Source: Chiloscyllium plagiosum
Taxonomy: Eukaryota
DNA: 60,730 nt
Direction of reading: 5' to 3'
Assembly: GCF_004010195.1 (NCBI RefSeq)
Contig: NC_057718.1
Coordinates: 77,940,318-78,001,047, forward strand
Part shown: piece by piece, positions 49,461 through 60,730 of the stretch
How the letters are laid out: each line of letters begins with the position of its first letter
Numbering within the stretch: the stretch's first letter is position 1
Translations under genes and position numbers: made by a program
Notes under the pieces: model-generated
Database searches by the model: none
What the model was told of the DNA's origin: nothing
Seen by the model: only the letters and a program-made list of their open reading frames with translations

Positions 49461-52400
49461 CCTATCCATGTACCTGTCGAAATGTCTTTTTAAATTTTGT
49501 AATTGCACCCACCCCTACCACTGCCTCTAGCAGCTCTTTGCATATATGCACCACTCAGTGGGAAAAGTTGCCCTCAGGTCCCTTTTAAATCTTTTCTTCT
49601 GTCACCTTAAACTTTGGGAAAAGACCTTTACTATTCACCTTTTCTATGCCTCTCATGATTTTATGAACCTTTAAAAGGTCACCCCACAGTCTCCTATGCT
49701 CCAGAGAAAAAAAGTCTCAATTGGAGGTGGAGTGGGAAGTGTGGGGACTGTGCAAAGGAGGTGCGAGAGGACAGTTGCAGAGCAAGTTAACAACATGCTG
49801 ACGTAAAGCAGGATGAATGCAGTCATTAATCCCATTCATGCATAATAATTGTATTAACAGATCATCAAAAATTTTAGTGTTACCAAGTTAAAACAGAAAA
49901 TTGTAAAATTGGATCCTGTGTGCTTTTGTAAATTTGTACTTTATCATTTGGCATAAATCTGCAACTGCATTTACATTGCAGTTCATTTTTGCACTGGAGA
50001 AAATATTTAACAGTGCAAAAGATATTTCTAGAGCATCAGCAAGTTGTTAACTTGTCCTGCAGCTGCCCCCTTCTTTCACTGTGGCCTTTCGCACCCTTCA
50101 CAGGATAAGTTGCCAGGGAAAGTGGTAGAGGCAGGTACAGTTAGAATAGTTAAAAGACATTTGGACAGGTATGTGGATAGGAAAGATTTAGACGGATATG
50201 GGCCAAACGCATGTAAATGGGACTAGTTCAGTTTAGGAATCCTGGTTGGCATAGACAAGTTCGACCAAAGGGTCTGTTTCTGTGTTATAATGACTCTATT
50301 TCTGTGGTATTTTTGAATTCAGTATAAGTACTGCCATGGGTTATTTAGTAGTAATAGGCTTGTTGAACTAATGCTACCAAATAGCCTACTCACTAGGGTT
50401 TTTGAGTGGGGGTTGATGTACAGGTGAGTAGAGTTTCATTCTGTCAGATGTAGCAGATTTAATCTATTGAATTAGATTCACTAATCATCAGAGTATCAAA
50501 ATTAATCCACATTGCTTGAATCTGAGTAGATAATTGAGAATGGATCTAATTGTATATCTAAGTTCTTAATTGAATGCTAATAGAATGTTATGTTTTACAA
50601 GTCATTCTATAACGTGACAGTTGTATTCCTCTGTAACCTTGTGCTATAGAAAATCACGCTATGGAAAACAGCTATAGGAAATTGCTGTGTAGAAAATTGC
50701 TATACTCGTTCAGTAGAAAGTTTGCATTATCCAAACAATGTCCACAATTCATCAATCATGTTATAGCCAGTTCGCGCTGATGTTCTGAGTACTGGACTGA
50801 TCATTATACTTATGAATGATAGTTAATGTGTTGGAAGCAGTTCAGAGAATATTTACTATGCTAATATCTAGAATGAGTAGATTGCTTTGAGGAAAGGCTG
50901 AACAGGCTTGGTCTTTATATTCTGAAGTTTAGAACAATCAAAGGCGACTTAATTGGAACTTACAAAACCTGAGGGGACATGACTAGGTGGATGTGGATAG
51001 GCTATTTCATTTTCTGGGAGAATCTGGAACCAGTAGCAGTAGTAGCTTAATGAGATCTCTATTTGAGAGAGAGATGAAAGAAATCACTTTCTCTAAGGGT
51101 TGTAAGTCTTTGAAATTCCCTTCCTCAAAAAAGATGAATGCAGAATTTTTAAGTATTTATGGCAGAGTTGGATGGATTCCTGACTACCAAGGGGTGAAAG
51201 ATTATTGGGAGTATGCTAGAGTTGAGGTTAACTTTAAATCCATCATGATCTTATTGAATGACAGAGCAGGCTGAAGGACTGAGTGGCCTGTTCTTCCTTG
51301 ATTATATATAGATTTAGTACCCTCAGAAAGGCAATTCCTCCTCATCTCTGTCTTAAATGAATGACCCCTTGTACTGAGATTATACTGCCCGGCCCTAAGG
51401 AAATATACTGTCTGGTCCTCCTGCCTAAAAAGCTCATTTGTGGAATGTGTTAATATGACCAACTTGTGGCTGTAACTTTGCATTGTCTTTCTAGCTACTC
51501 TTTGACAAATGGTGCCAGATTTTTTTCTAGTGCCTCAACAATATTTCTTGAGTTCATGCTTCTTCTCAAGCTTTGTGTTAGGTTTAGATTGTGGTTGTAA
51601 AGATGCTGCCCATCAAATTCCAAACCATCACTCTTGTTGCTGAAGCATTAATATTGAAACAAAACCTAGTTGAGAAATTGATGTTATATGGTTCCTTGTA
51701 ACCATGAAATGCATCTTTGCCTTGCTCTAACAGTTAAATGTGTTTCTCTAAGGTTGTGAATTTTTTATCAACTTTTAGCTCTTAATCACATTTACAGTAT
51801 ACATGAATTTGCAGTTCATGTTGGAACAGTAATCTAACCTGAATCAGGGCACACCTTCATGATCTTCCCAATCTTGCTTGCTTGTGTAGTATCATTGTGT
51901 GAAATTGTGATTTTGTTCCATAGGATGTAATTCAGGCTTTTTATTGATTTTCTTTGGTATGTGGTGAAAATATGAAAATTGAAACCACACATTTACTTTT
52001 AGCAAATGTAACTATATGTAAGGAGAAACTAATAAGCATACAAGCAGAAGAGTACAGAAGATTATGCTGATTGTTAGAGTGGAAGGCAGCTTGAATGGAG
52101 TATTAATGCTGGGCTGGGGTGTCTGACTAGCTAGCTTGTTTGTTTTATATTCGATGTATAAATGGCTTGGTATACTGGTCATGAGAGAGGATATCTTTCC
52201 AGTGCATTGGTCTCTGTGCTGTGCTTAGCACACTTTTTTGTTCTTTATAATTTAATCCTTTTTGATCTGATTCATTTGAAATGACCCCTGTTAATATTTT
52301 GACTATAGCTGCAAAAGATATTATGGTGCTTTTATAGCAAGAATGTCTGTCCTGGCCAGCATTCCTCAACCAACTGTTCTTTTGGTTCCAAATTTTATTG

Positions 52401-52725
52401 CTGTTGTGAAATATTGCCCTATACAGGTCACTAACAGTGTCTGTAAACAAAGTGACTATATTTCAGAAAAAAGTTAATTGACTGAAGTCTTTTTGGGATA
52501 TCCTGCAAATGCAAAAGAGGTGTTTTTAATTTTCTTTCTCTGCAAGAATTCCCTTCATTCCTACTTTTAAGTACTTTGTTTTCCTTTTCAATTTCCCCTA
52601 ATTTTCTGTTTCCTACATTTCCTTTCTCAAGTGTGGAAAAAACATGTAAAGTATAAATTGGTGAGCAAAGCTGGGTACTAATGTGAGAAATTGATTTTCT
52701 GTTGTCTTAATATTTTCCTACATAG

Positions 52726-52837
52726 GTAGTATTACCTCCTGGTGTGCAACAATCTGATGATAAAGGTGCTAAAGAGACTCTGCTTGATGATGATGAATGT
52801 CCGCTGCAGATTTTCAGAGACTGGCCAAGTGACAAAG
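52726..52837 (+). CDS. AFDN: Afadin coding exon (exon 7), RA2 domain; 112 nt, phase 0 to 1
   Basis: ttcctacatag|GTAGTATTA...GACAAAG|gtaaac. Translates VVLPPGVQQSDDKGAKETLLDDDECPLQIFRDWPSDK(G). Confidence 0.96.
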
Positions 52838-53134
52838 GTAAACAAAGCTAGTTTGTTTTTAGAAGCATACACAGACATTGAAAAATTATGAATTGGACCA
52901 TCACTTTTAGAGGGAAGAGGGAAGATGCTACGAGGGAGTTGGGAGGGGTGTGGAAGACTGAAAGTTAGTAGGGACCGAGGAAAAGAGACGACCGTTCTAA
53001 TTCTGTCAAAGAAATGAATCAGATCAATATGCAAATAACTTAGAACTTTTTCCACTATCCTATTTCACTCAAATATAACTGGCTTTAACTCATCCTGTGA
53101 AAGGTCACTGGGAATAGCTCCTAGTGCAATTGTA

Positions 53135-53552
53135 AGACCATAAGACATAGGAGTGGAAGTAAGGCCGGTCGGCCCATCGAGTCCACTCCGCCATTCAATC
53201 ATGGCTGGGCATTTCAACCCCACTTACCCGCATTCTCCCCGTAGCCTTTAATTCCTTGTGACATCAAGAATTTATCAATCTCTGCCTTGAAGACATTTAG
53301 CGTCCCGGCCTCCACTGCACTCCGCGGCAATGAATTCCACAGGCCCAATACTCTCTGGCTGAAGAAAAGTCTCCGCATTTCTGTTCTGAATTTACCCCCT
53401 CAAATTCTAAGGCTGTGTCCACGGGTCCTAGTCTCCTCGGTGTGGGGACCAAAACTGGACACAGTACTCCAAATAGGGCCTAACCAGAGCTTTATAAAGT
53501 CTCAGTAACACAACGGTGCTTTTATATTCCAACCCTCTTGAGATAAATGACA
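53135..53552 (-). mobile_element. Young CR1 3' fragment with internal deletion
   Basis: agaccataagacatagg reversed tail; ORF 53428..53634(-) LYKALVRPYLEYCVQFWSPH joined abruptly near 53440. Confidence 0.85.
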
Positions 53553-54746
53553 AATTATTAACAGCAACTGAATAAATATCTTGGTAAAGTATCTCAATTT
53601 GTGATAATGACAGCATCACTGGAACAGTCAGCATGTGTTACTCATTCCTAACCATCCTGAAGATGGTATAAAGCCACCTCCTTCAACCACTCTAATCTCT
53701 TTCATAGATGTACAGCCAAAGTGTTCTTCAGAAAGGAGTTACAGCATTTAAGGAAAGGCAATTCATTTCTAAGTCAGATGTTGTGGGAATTGGAAGGAAT
53801 GTCATCAACAAGTTCCCCTTTGTCTGCTGCTCTTGTTCTAGATTGTATAGACCATGGATTTGAGTAGTCAGAAAATCAGGAAATAAGCATTACACTTAAC
53901 AGGCGCAATTCTTCGATCAGGAGATTTCTTAAAGATAAAAAATGTCTTTTTTAGGTTTCCCCAACATGTTTGTTCACTCAGCTACACAGGATGCAATATT
54001 AAAAGTATGGTGCATTCAAGCACCTTCCCCTTTTTTGGCTTCTCTCCCCTTCCCTCTCCTGCAGCCTCCCTAATCCCACCATTTCATGCCCCATGATTTT
54101 CTTCCAGCTTCTCCATCTCCCTCACTACCCCTTCATCGTTTCTTCTTCTCCCTAGACTGCCTTGCGATCTATCTCCAACCTGTACTCCCATGAAGTATTT
54201 TCCTTTCCTTGCAGCCTTTCTCTTTTAGCTCTTTGACAAAGGAACTCTAAGCAGAAGACATTGCAGACGTCAGCACAGACTTGACACATCACCCTCCCCC
54301 CAGCTCACGAATTTCCTTTCCTCCTTTCTTACCTTGCTAGTCACATCTGTTTCTCTTCTATGTTTGATGTTGATAGCCACACTAGTGTCTGTAATTGAAG
54401 GAGCTGCCACTCACCTAATCTACTAATTTACTGGCTTTGGGGTCAGGGTTGACTTTTCTCCAGTGGTTGCCTGCGTGTTTGAATTTTCTTGTGTTTAGTT
54501 GTCTTCAGGGCAAAATCCATAGTCACCTTTTGTACTTAAGGCAACTAAGAATTCAGATTATCAAGAAAAAGATGTTTGAGAGAGTAATGTCAAAGGGGTA
54601 GCTTTCAAATTCTTGATCTGCTGGAGTTGATTGACCTATGAATGTGGTAACATTGGAGAATTTGTCCAGATGTAGCAACATGATTTTTTTTATGGTATTA
54701 TGGAATAGATCATGTTTGCGTTACCAATTTTGCTGGATCAGATGAA

Positions 54747-55083
54747 GCAGTGAGGTTGTAGTGCCCTTACAGTGCCAGGGACCTGGGTTCACTTCTAGCC
54801 TTTGAACAACTGTCTGTGTGGAATTTACACATTATAGCTGTATCTGCATGGCTTTCCTCTGGGTGCTCCAGTTTCCTCCCATGGTCCAAAGTTGTACAGG
54901 TAGGGTGGACTGGCCATGCTAAATTACCCATTGTGTCCAGGGATGTGTAGGCTAGGTGGGTTAGCCATAGACAATACAGGGTTATGGGAATAGGCTGGGG
55001 GTGTGCCTGGGTGCGATGCTCTTTGAGGTGTTAGTGTGGACTTGTTGGGGCAAATGGCTTACTTCCACCTATAGAGATTCTGA
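54747..55083 (+). mobile_element. Older HE1-type V-SINE
   Basis: gggacctgggttcacttc B box; tttcctctgggtgctccagtttcctccc V-domain; ggccatgctaaatt; CR1-like tail. Confidence 0.75.
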
Positions 55084-55652
55084 TTTATTTCCACAAAACT
55101 GTTGCATGCCGTATGTACTTCATTCTACAAAAGCTTTTTTGAAATTTAGTACCACTTCATTTTTTTACTTTTTTGTGTAGCTACACTTTCATTGTGCATG
55201 CATGTGCACTTCAGGTGCCCAGATTTGTCCCACACTATATAGTACATGCACGCTTTGGCAGTGCTAACTGGGGAAAAAAGTAGAGAAGGGTTACAGGCAT
55301 TGCAGATCCTTTGAGCTAAGATTAGATATGGCAATAATTGGTACTTTTATCATTAATCTGTAGTCTTTCTGTAGTCTCCAGAATTGTGTATAATACTTCA
55401 GTTGTCACTGCGTCAGTGTTTTACCAAGGTTCATCAAAGAGGATGAAGCTATGGTATCATATGCATCAGTTATTTACAAAGCCAAGGATTTGGTAGTCCT
55501 GAATTTACATTCTGTACCTGCCCTATCAGCTTTAAAGTTCCGTGCAGATAAACCTCAATTCCTATTTTTTTTGTTTTAAAAAACTAAGACTATGTACTAA
55601 TATTCTGATTATGACCTAATCGTTTCCATGTCCTTTGATTTTTTTTTTGTAG

Positions 55653-55817
55653 GTACTTTGGTTTTTCAGTTAAAGAAACGGCCATCTGAACATATCCCAA
55701 AGAATGTAAGGAAACAAGATGGGAGGTTACCCAAAGGAAAAGAAAGGAATGATAATTCAGGCTACGGTTCTTCGTTGCCTCCTGAGAAACTGCCATACCT
55801 TGTTGAACTGAGTCCTG
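55653..55817 (+). CDS. AFDN: Afadin coding exon (exon 8), RA2 end and pre-FHA region; 165 nt, phase 1 to 1
   Basis: ttttttgtag|GTACTTTG...AGTCCTG|gtaagt. Translates TLVFQLKKRPSEHIPKNVRKQDGRLPKGKERNDNSGYGSSLPPEKLPYLVELSP. Confidence 0.96.
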
Positions 55818-56079
55818 GTAAGTTTATATAACACAGTATTAGATGTTTAAAGTTTTTGTTGCATACATTAAGTTCTGTTTTATTTTAATCCTTGTTTTAT
55901 CTTTTTCTTCTTCTGAAGCTTTGTTTCCATTAATACTGTTGAAGAAATCTTTGAAGTCAGAATCACATACTCCAGTAGTTGTACAAAACATGTTTTTTAT
56001 CTTTTTTATTAGTGTTAACCAATAGTACTGCAGTTTTAAATTTTCATTATTCAGAAGTATGACCATTGCAACAATGAAA

Positions 56080-58672
56080 TCAAGAAAAGTTTGCCAAAAT
56101 TAAGTTTGAAGGTAAACTATCAAGAAATATAATGAAAGACGGCAAGAGCTTCTTCGAATGTATAAAAGTGAAGAGGCAGACCAAAATGAGTATAAGCTCC
56201 TGAGGGAATGAGGCTGAGGAAATAGTAATGGGGAAATCAGTAAATGGCAAAGGAGATGAATAAATATTTTGCATCAGTCTTCATGATGGAAGACACTATT
56301 GTAATGAAGTTAAACTTAATTACGTAGTCATGAGGACAGACCTGACCCGAATGGGCTAGGCAGGAAGACTTAACAGGTATGTCACTGACAAATGTTTAAG
56401 GAGATACTTGATTGCTTCCAAGTAAAATATATTTCAGAAAAGAAGAAAGATTGTAAGAGGGGAATGGGAAGGCACCTGTATCTAAATAAAGAAGTTAAAG
56501 ATAATATGAAGACAAAATCTATATCACAAAGGCAAGTGGCAAGCTGGAGAATTGGAAACTTTTAAATCTCACCGAACGGTTTCTTTAAGAAGTCATAAAA
56601 AGGGAAATGCTAAAATGGGAGAAAACTGATTGATAGCAAAAGCTTCTGTTGGCCCCTTGGAAGGTGTGACTGAGGAGTTAACAGGGGGGAACACATGGCA
56701 AACTTAAAATATTGATTTAGCTTTCACAGTTGAGTACAATAGTACCATGCCTATAGGAGCAGGTAATGCAGAGATTTTAGAAAGGGAGGAACAATAGTCA
56801 TCAGGGGTAAATACAGAGCAATCTTTTGGAATTGAACGCAAACAAGACACCAGGGCCTGTTGGCCTTTATCCCAGGGACATAAAGGAGGTGGCAGTAGAG
56901 ATAGTGTCTCTGTTGACTTATAATATTCCAAAATTTGCTGAATGCTGATAAGGTTCCAGTGGATTTTTTAAAAAAAAACTAATATTGGAAAGAGGTTATG
57001 AAAATTGAAAGGGTTCAGTGCAGATCTACGAGGATGTTACCAGGGTTCGAAAATTTGAGCTATAGGGAGAGGTTGAATTGGCTTGTGCTGTTTTCTCTGG
57101 AGTGTTTAGGGCTGACCTCTGATGTTTATAAAATCACGAGGGGCATGGATAGGGTAAATAGACAAGGTCTTTTATTCAGGGTGGGGGAATCCAAAACTAG
57201 AGGGCATGGGCTTAGGGTGAGGGCGCCTTTAAAAGGGACATAAGGAGCAACTTCACACAGGGTGCTATGTGTATGGAATGAGCTGCTGGAAGAAGTGGTG
57301 GAGACTGGTACAATTAGAACATTTAAAAGGCATCTGGATGGGTATATGAATAGGAAGGGTTTACAGGAATATGAGCCAAATGCTGGCAAATGGGACTAGA
57401 TTAAACTAGAATGTCTGGTCAGTATGGATGGGTTGGACTGAAGGGTCTGTTTCCATGCTGAAGGGTCTGTTTCCAAAAAGCCAAAGACCGAAGTTAGAAA
57501 ACTATCGACCAATTAGTTTAACGTGTATAGTTAAGAAATTGTTAGAATTCTATACAGAGGAAGCAGTAACAAGGCATTTGGAAAGTCATAAAAACAATCC
57601 ATCAAAGTCAGCATGGTTTTATGAAGGTTAAATCATGTTTGACTAATTTGTGAGAGTTCTTTAAAGATTTAAGGAGTAATATGGATAATGGGGTTCCTGT
57701 GGATGTATATCTGTGTTTCCAGAAGGCAGCTGATAAGATGACGCACAAAAGGTTAATACATAAGGGGTTCAGATAATTTTCTGGTTGTCAAGACAACTGG
57801 TGGGGTGCAACTGGGTTCTATTTTTGGGGAGAAAGTGAAGTCTGCAGATGCTGGAGATCAGAGCTGAAAATGTGTTGCTGGAACAGCGCAGCAGGTCAGG
57901 CAGCAATTCTATTTTTGGGCCCTAATTATTTACAATCTATATTCATGGCATGGATATGGGGATAGAAAATGCTTTAGCAGAATTTGCAGATGACACTAAA
58001 GTAGTTGGGAATGTAAGTTGCAATGAAGAAATAAGAAATTTACAAATGGATATGGAAAAGCTAGCTGAATGGGCCAAAGTTCAGTGGTTGAAATTTAAAC
58101 GGATGAATGAAGTTAAAGGCATTTGTGTGACTGCACCTGAAATATCTCATAGTTTTGGTGCCCTTACTTGAGGGATGTATAGTATTAGAGGTAGTTCAGA
58201 GGAAAGCTGCTAGACTGATTCTAGAGATAAGGGGCTTATCTTGAGAGATTAAGCATTTTAGGCCTATACTCTCAAGTTCAGAAGAATGAGAGGAGTTCAG
58301 ATTTAAGGCTTACTAAAATGCTAAAGGTTATTGACAAAATAGTTATAGAAAACAAGTTCTTTTGAGGAGGGGGTGATCTAGGACGAGAGGACACAGCTCT
58401 AAGATAGGGGGTAACAGATTTAAAATAGCTGAAGTTGCTTCTCTCATGTTGTAAATCTATGGAATTCACTGCCTCAGAGTGTGTTGAATGCTGGTTCATT
58501 AAAATCTGTGCATGTCCTCCTCAAGTTTACTCAAGTAATAAAGGGATGAGGGGCTATGGAGCATGGGCAAGTAAGTGGGGTCGAGTCCAAGATTAGATCA
58601 GACATGATCGTATAAAATGGCAAAGAAGGTTTGAAGGGCTGAATTGCCTCCTCCTGCTCCTAGTTACGTTCT
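56080..58672 (+). mobile_element. Nested decayed CR1 LINEs (younger 3' fragment at about 56985-57475 inside an older copy)
   Basis: ORF 56998..57243 IERVQCRSTRMLPG; ENYRPISLT at about 57500; EFADDTK at about 57980; tail ending about 58672. Confidence 0.8.
57829..57906 (-). mobile_element. Penelope terminal fragment with 13-bp TSD
   Basis: TTCTATTTTTGGG at 57816-57828 and 57907-57919; insert gagaaagtgaagtctgcagatgctggagatcagagctg.... Confidence 0.85.
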
Positions 58673-58675
58673 TAG

Positions 58676-60730
58676 TTTTTTTAATAGATTTTTTATTGAA
58701 AATTTAACATTTTTACAAGTTTACAAATTTAAAAAAATCCCCAAGTATAAACATTGATATACAATTAAATCTTAAATAATAACCAAAATTTGTCAAACAA
58801 AAAAAAAGATAGCGAGAGAGAAAAAAACAAAACTCAACTAACTACCAATCTAGTGCAGCAGGTCAGGCAGCATCCAAGGAGCAGGAGAATCGATGTTTCG
58901 GACATGAGCTCTTCAGGAAACGAAACGTCGATTCTCCTGCTCCTTGGATGCTGCCTGACCTGCGCTTTTCCAGCAACACATTTTCAGCTCTGATCTCCAG
59001 CATCTGCAGTCCTCACTTTCTCCTAACTACTAATCTAACCTACAACTAACCAAAGTGTATTAATTAAGTCTCTTACATTATTCAAAGAAGAGTAGTGAGA
59101 TACGTGCTCAGAATGTATTAACATCAAATCGTAACAAAACCCGTATTCGTGTAGGATACCTCTCCCAAGGGGCCCCGGACCAGCCAGGTTCGCCATCTCC
59201 ATTAAATAAAAGCCCTTGTTAGGATGGCCAAAATATCTGTATTTATGTAATTCAAGAAGGGCTGCCCTATTTTATCGAATAATGCGGTCTTTTGGTGCAC
59301 CATATTTGTAAGGAAGTCAAGGGGAATACATTCCATGATTAATCTGTGCCAATTCGAAAGTCCAGGACCGTCAGCCACCCAGTTTACCAAAATATTTTTC
59401 CTTGCACAGAAAGAGAGAATAGAAAATAATCTCTTCCCAGTCATATCCAGGGAGAGTAAGTTCGAAAAGCCCAAAAGGAGAGGTACAGGGTGTCCTCTAA
59501 TTTCCGTTCCTAAGATTTCTGTCAGAGCACTTGCTACTTTAGTCCAATATGTACAGATCTTATGACAGGTCCATAAGCAACATACGAGAGTGTCCACCTC
59601 TATTTTACATTTGGGACCCATTGGAGATGCTCCTGCCTTACATTTTGCCAATCGGTCCGGTGCTATATGGGCCCTATGAAGTATCTTCAACTGAATGGCC
59701 TGAGTTCTGTTGCAGATGGTGATTCTTCTGATGTTTTCCCAAATGTCATTCCACGTTTTTATAGAGATTTCCAGTCCCAAATCCTGATCCCATGTTTTAA
59801 GCAGATTGTCCATATCTCTGGATACTTCATCATGTAATAAATGATAAATAGTGCTGACAGAAGATACCCCCATTGGCCATAGCACTCTTATGTTCTCTAT
59901 CTGATTTATAAAGACTATCTAATAACGTAGTCGCCTTCTGTATATAATCTCGAATTTGGAAATATTGAAAGAGGTCTCCATTAGGTAATCCAAATTTCTG
60001 AGACAGCTGTTCAAAAGATATCAGGACCCCTTCTTTAAACAGATCCCCTAAACATGAGATACCCCTGGATCTCCAGAGTTTGAAAGTGGCATCTGTAAGC
60101 CCCGGTTGAAATCCCCCTGCTCCCACTATCTGGGCATAGGGGGATGTTTTATGTGAGTTGCCCTCATTTTGCCGCACTATATTCCAAGCTTTAATTGTGT
60201 TTAGTATTATAGGGTTTTTACATTGATTCGTAATGATTTTCCTCTTGTCTGAAAATAAAAGGTTAATAAGTGGGCATTTTACTTGAGAAGCCTCGATGTC
60301 CAGCCAGATTGATTGCGGGTCAGACAAGACCCAATTGGCTATGTAACGTAATAGGGAACTTAACTGATATTTCCTAAAATCTGGGAAATCCAATCTTCCC
60401 CTTGCCTGTGGAAGCTGTAGCTTCTTCAGCTTAATGAGGGACCGTATATGATTCCAGATAAAGGAATCCAACCAGCCATATAATTTACGTAGTGCCAACC
60501 TCGGCAGCACCACGGGAAGCATTCTCATAGGGTATAGGAGACAGGACAGACATTCATTTTAATTAGTGCTATTCTACCTAGCAGGAAATTGGCAGGTCTC
60601 CCCATTGCTGGAGGTCCTGCCTTATCCTTTTCAGTAAATGCACAAAGTTAGCCTTGTATAACTAACCAAATACTGGGGTAATAAAAATGCCTAAATATAA
60701 GAAACCCTCCAGGGACCACCGAAAGGGAAA
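58676..60730 (-). mobile_element. L1-clade LINE, 3' part of ORF2 and 3' UTR (continues beyond window)
   Basis: ORFs 59830..60528(-) SFIWN...LQLPQARGRLDFPDF and 59202..59885(-) QLKILHR...GPKC...CCLWTC (decayed CCHC knuckle) overlap with a frameshift; AATAAA and A-rich end on minus strand at about 58676-58698. Confidence 0.88.
58853..59022. mobile_element. Palindromic Penelope terminal mini-element with 15-bp TSD inside the L1 3' UTR
   Basis: CTAACTACCAATCTA 58838-58852 and CTAACTACTAATCTA 59023-59037; arms meet at a decayed hammerhead motif (about 58900-58930). Confidence 0.85.

Noticed and set aside
55181..55214. Possible cassette exon after a strong U-tract acceptor (ttttgtgtag)
   Set aside because: 34 nt would frameshift and the donor (CAG|gtgccc) is weak.
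55818..60730. Short afadin exon encoding GRRNHFAYY...-like peptide and the FHA exons
   Set aside because: No matching sequence seen; the region is almost entirely LINE-derived, so these lie further downstream if present.

Overview
Vertebrate genomic DNA, very probably a cartilaginous fish (inferred from HE1-type V-SINEs, CR1 LINEs and Penelope termini typical of sharks). The whole window lies inside the afadin gene (AFDN/MLLT4/AF-6) on the + strand. Seven internal coding exons (equivalent to human exons 2-8; 1072 nt, RA1 domain, basic linker, RA2 domain, pre-FHA region) lie between 29515 and 55817. All have GT-AG boundaries and compatible phases. Exon 1 was not found, so 1-29514 is probably intron 1. 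The introns are mostly decayed CR1-clade LINEs, SINEs, Penelope-like elements (PLEs), small TA-flanked MITEs, a hAT transposase fossil and a 3' L1-clade fragment, plus one 182-N assembly gap. Most ORF-track entries are retroelement debris or spurious. Most notable: (1) short PLE terminal insertions with 13-16 bp target-site duplications, three of them palindromes centred at or next to a minimal hammerhead-ribozyme motif, one with an intact core in AFDN sense orientation; (2) a composite at 18614-19399 where such an element seeded a perfect 293-bp inverted duplication and a second template switch; (3) several other short-range inverted templated insertions; (4) a candidate in-frame 27-nt microexon in intron 3; (5) a NAGNAG acceptor at exon 4. 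Repeat boundaries are approximate unless a TSD or TIR is quoted. No alignments or searches were run.
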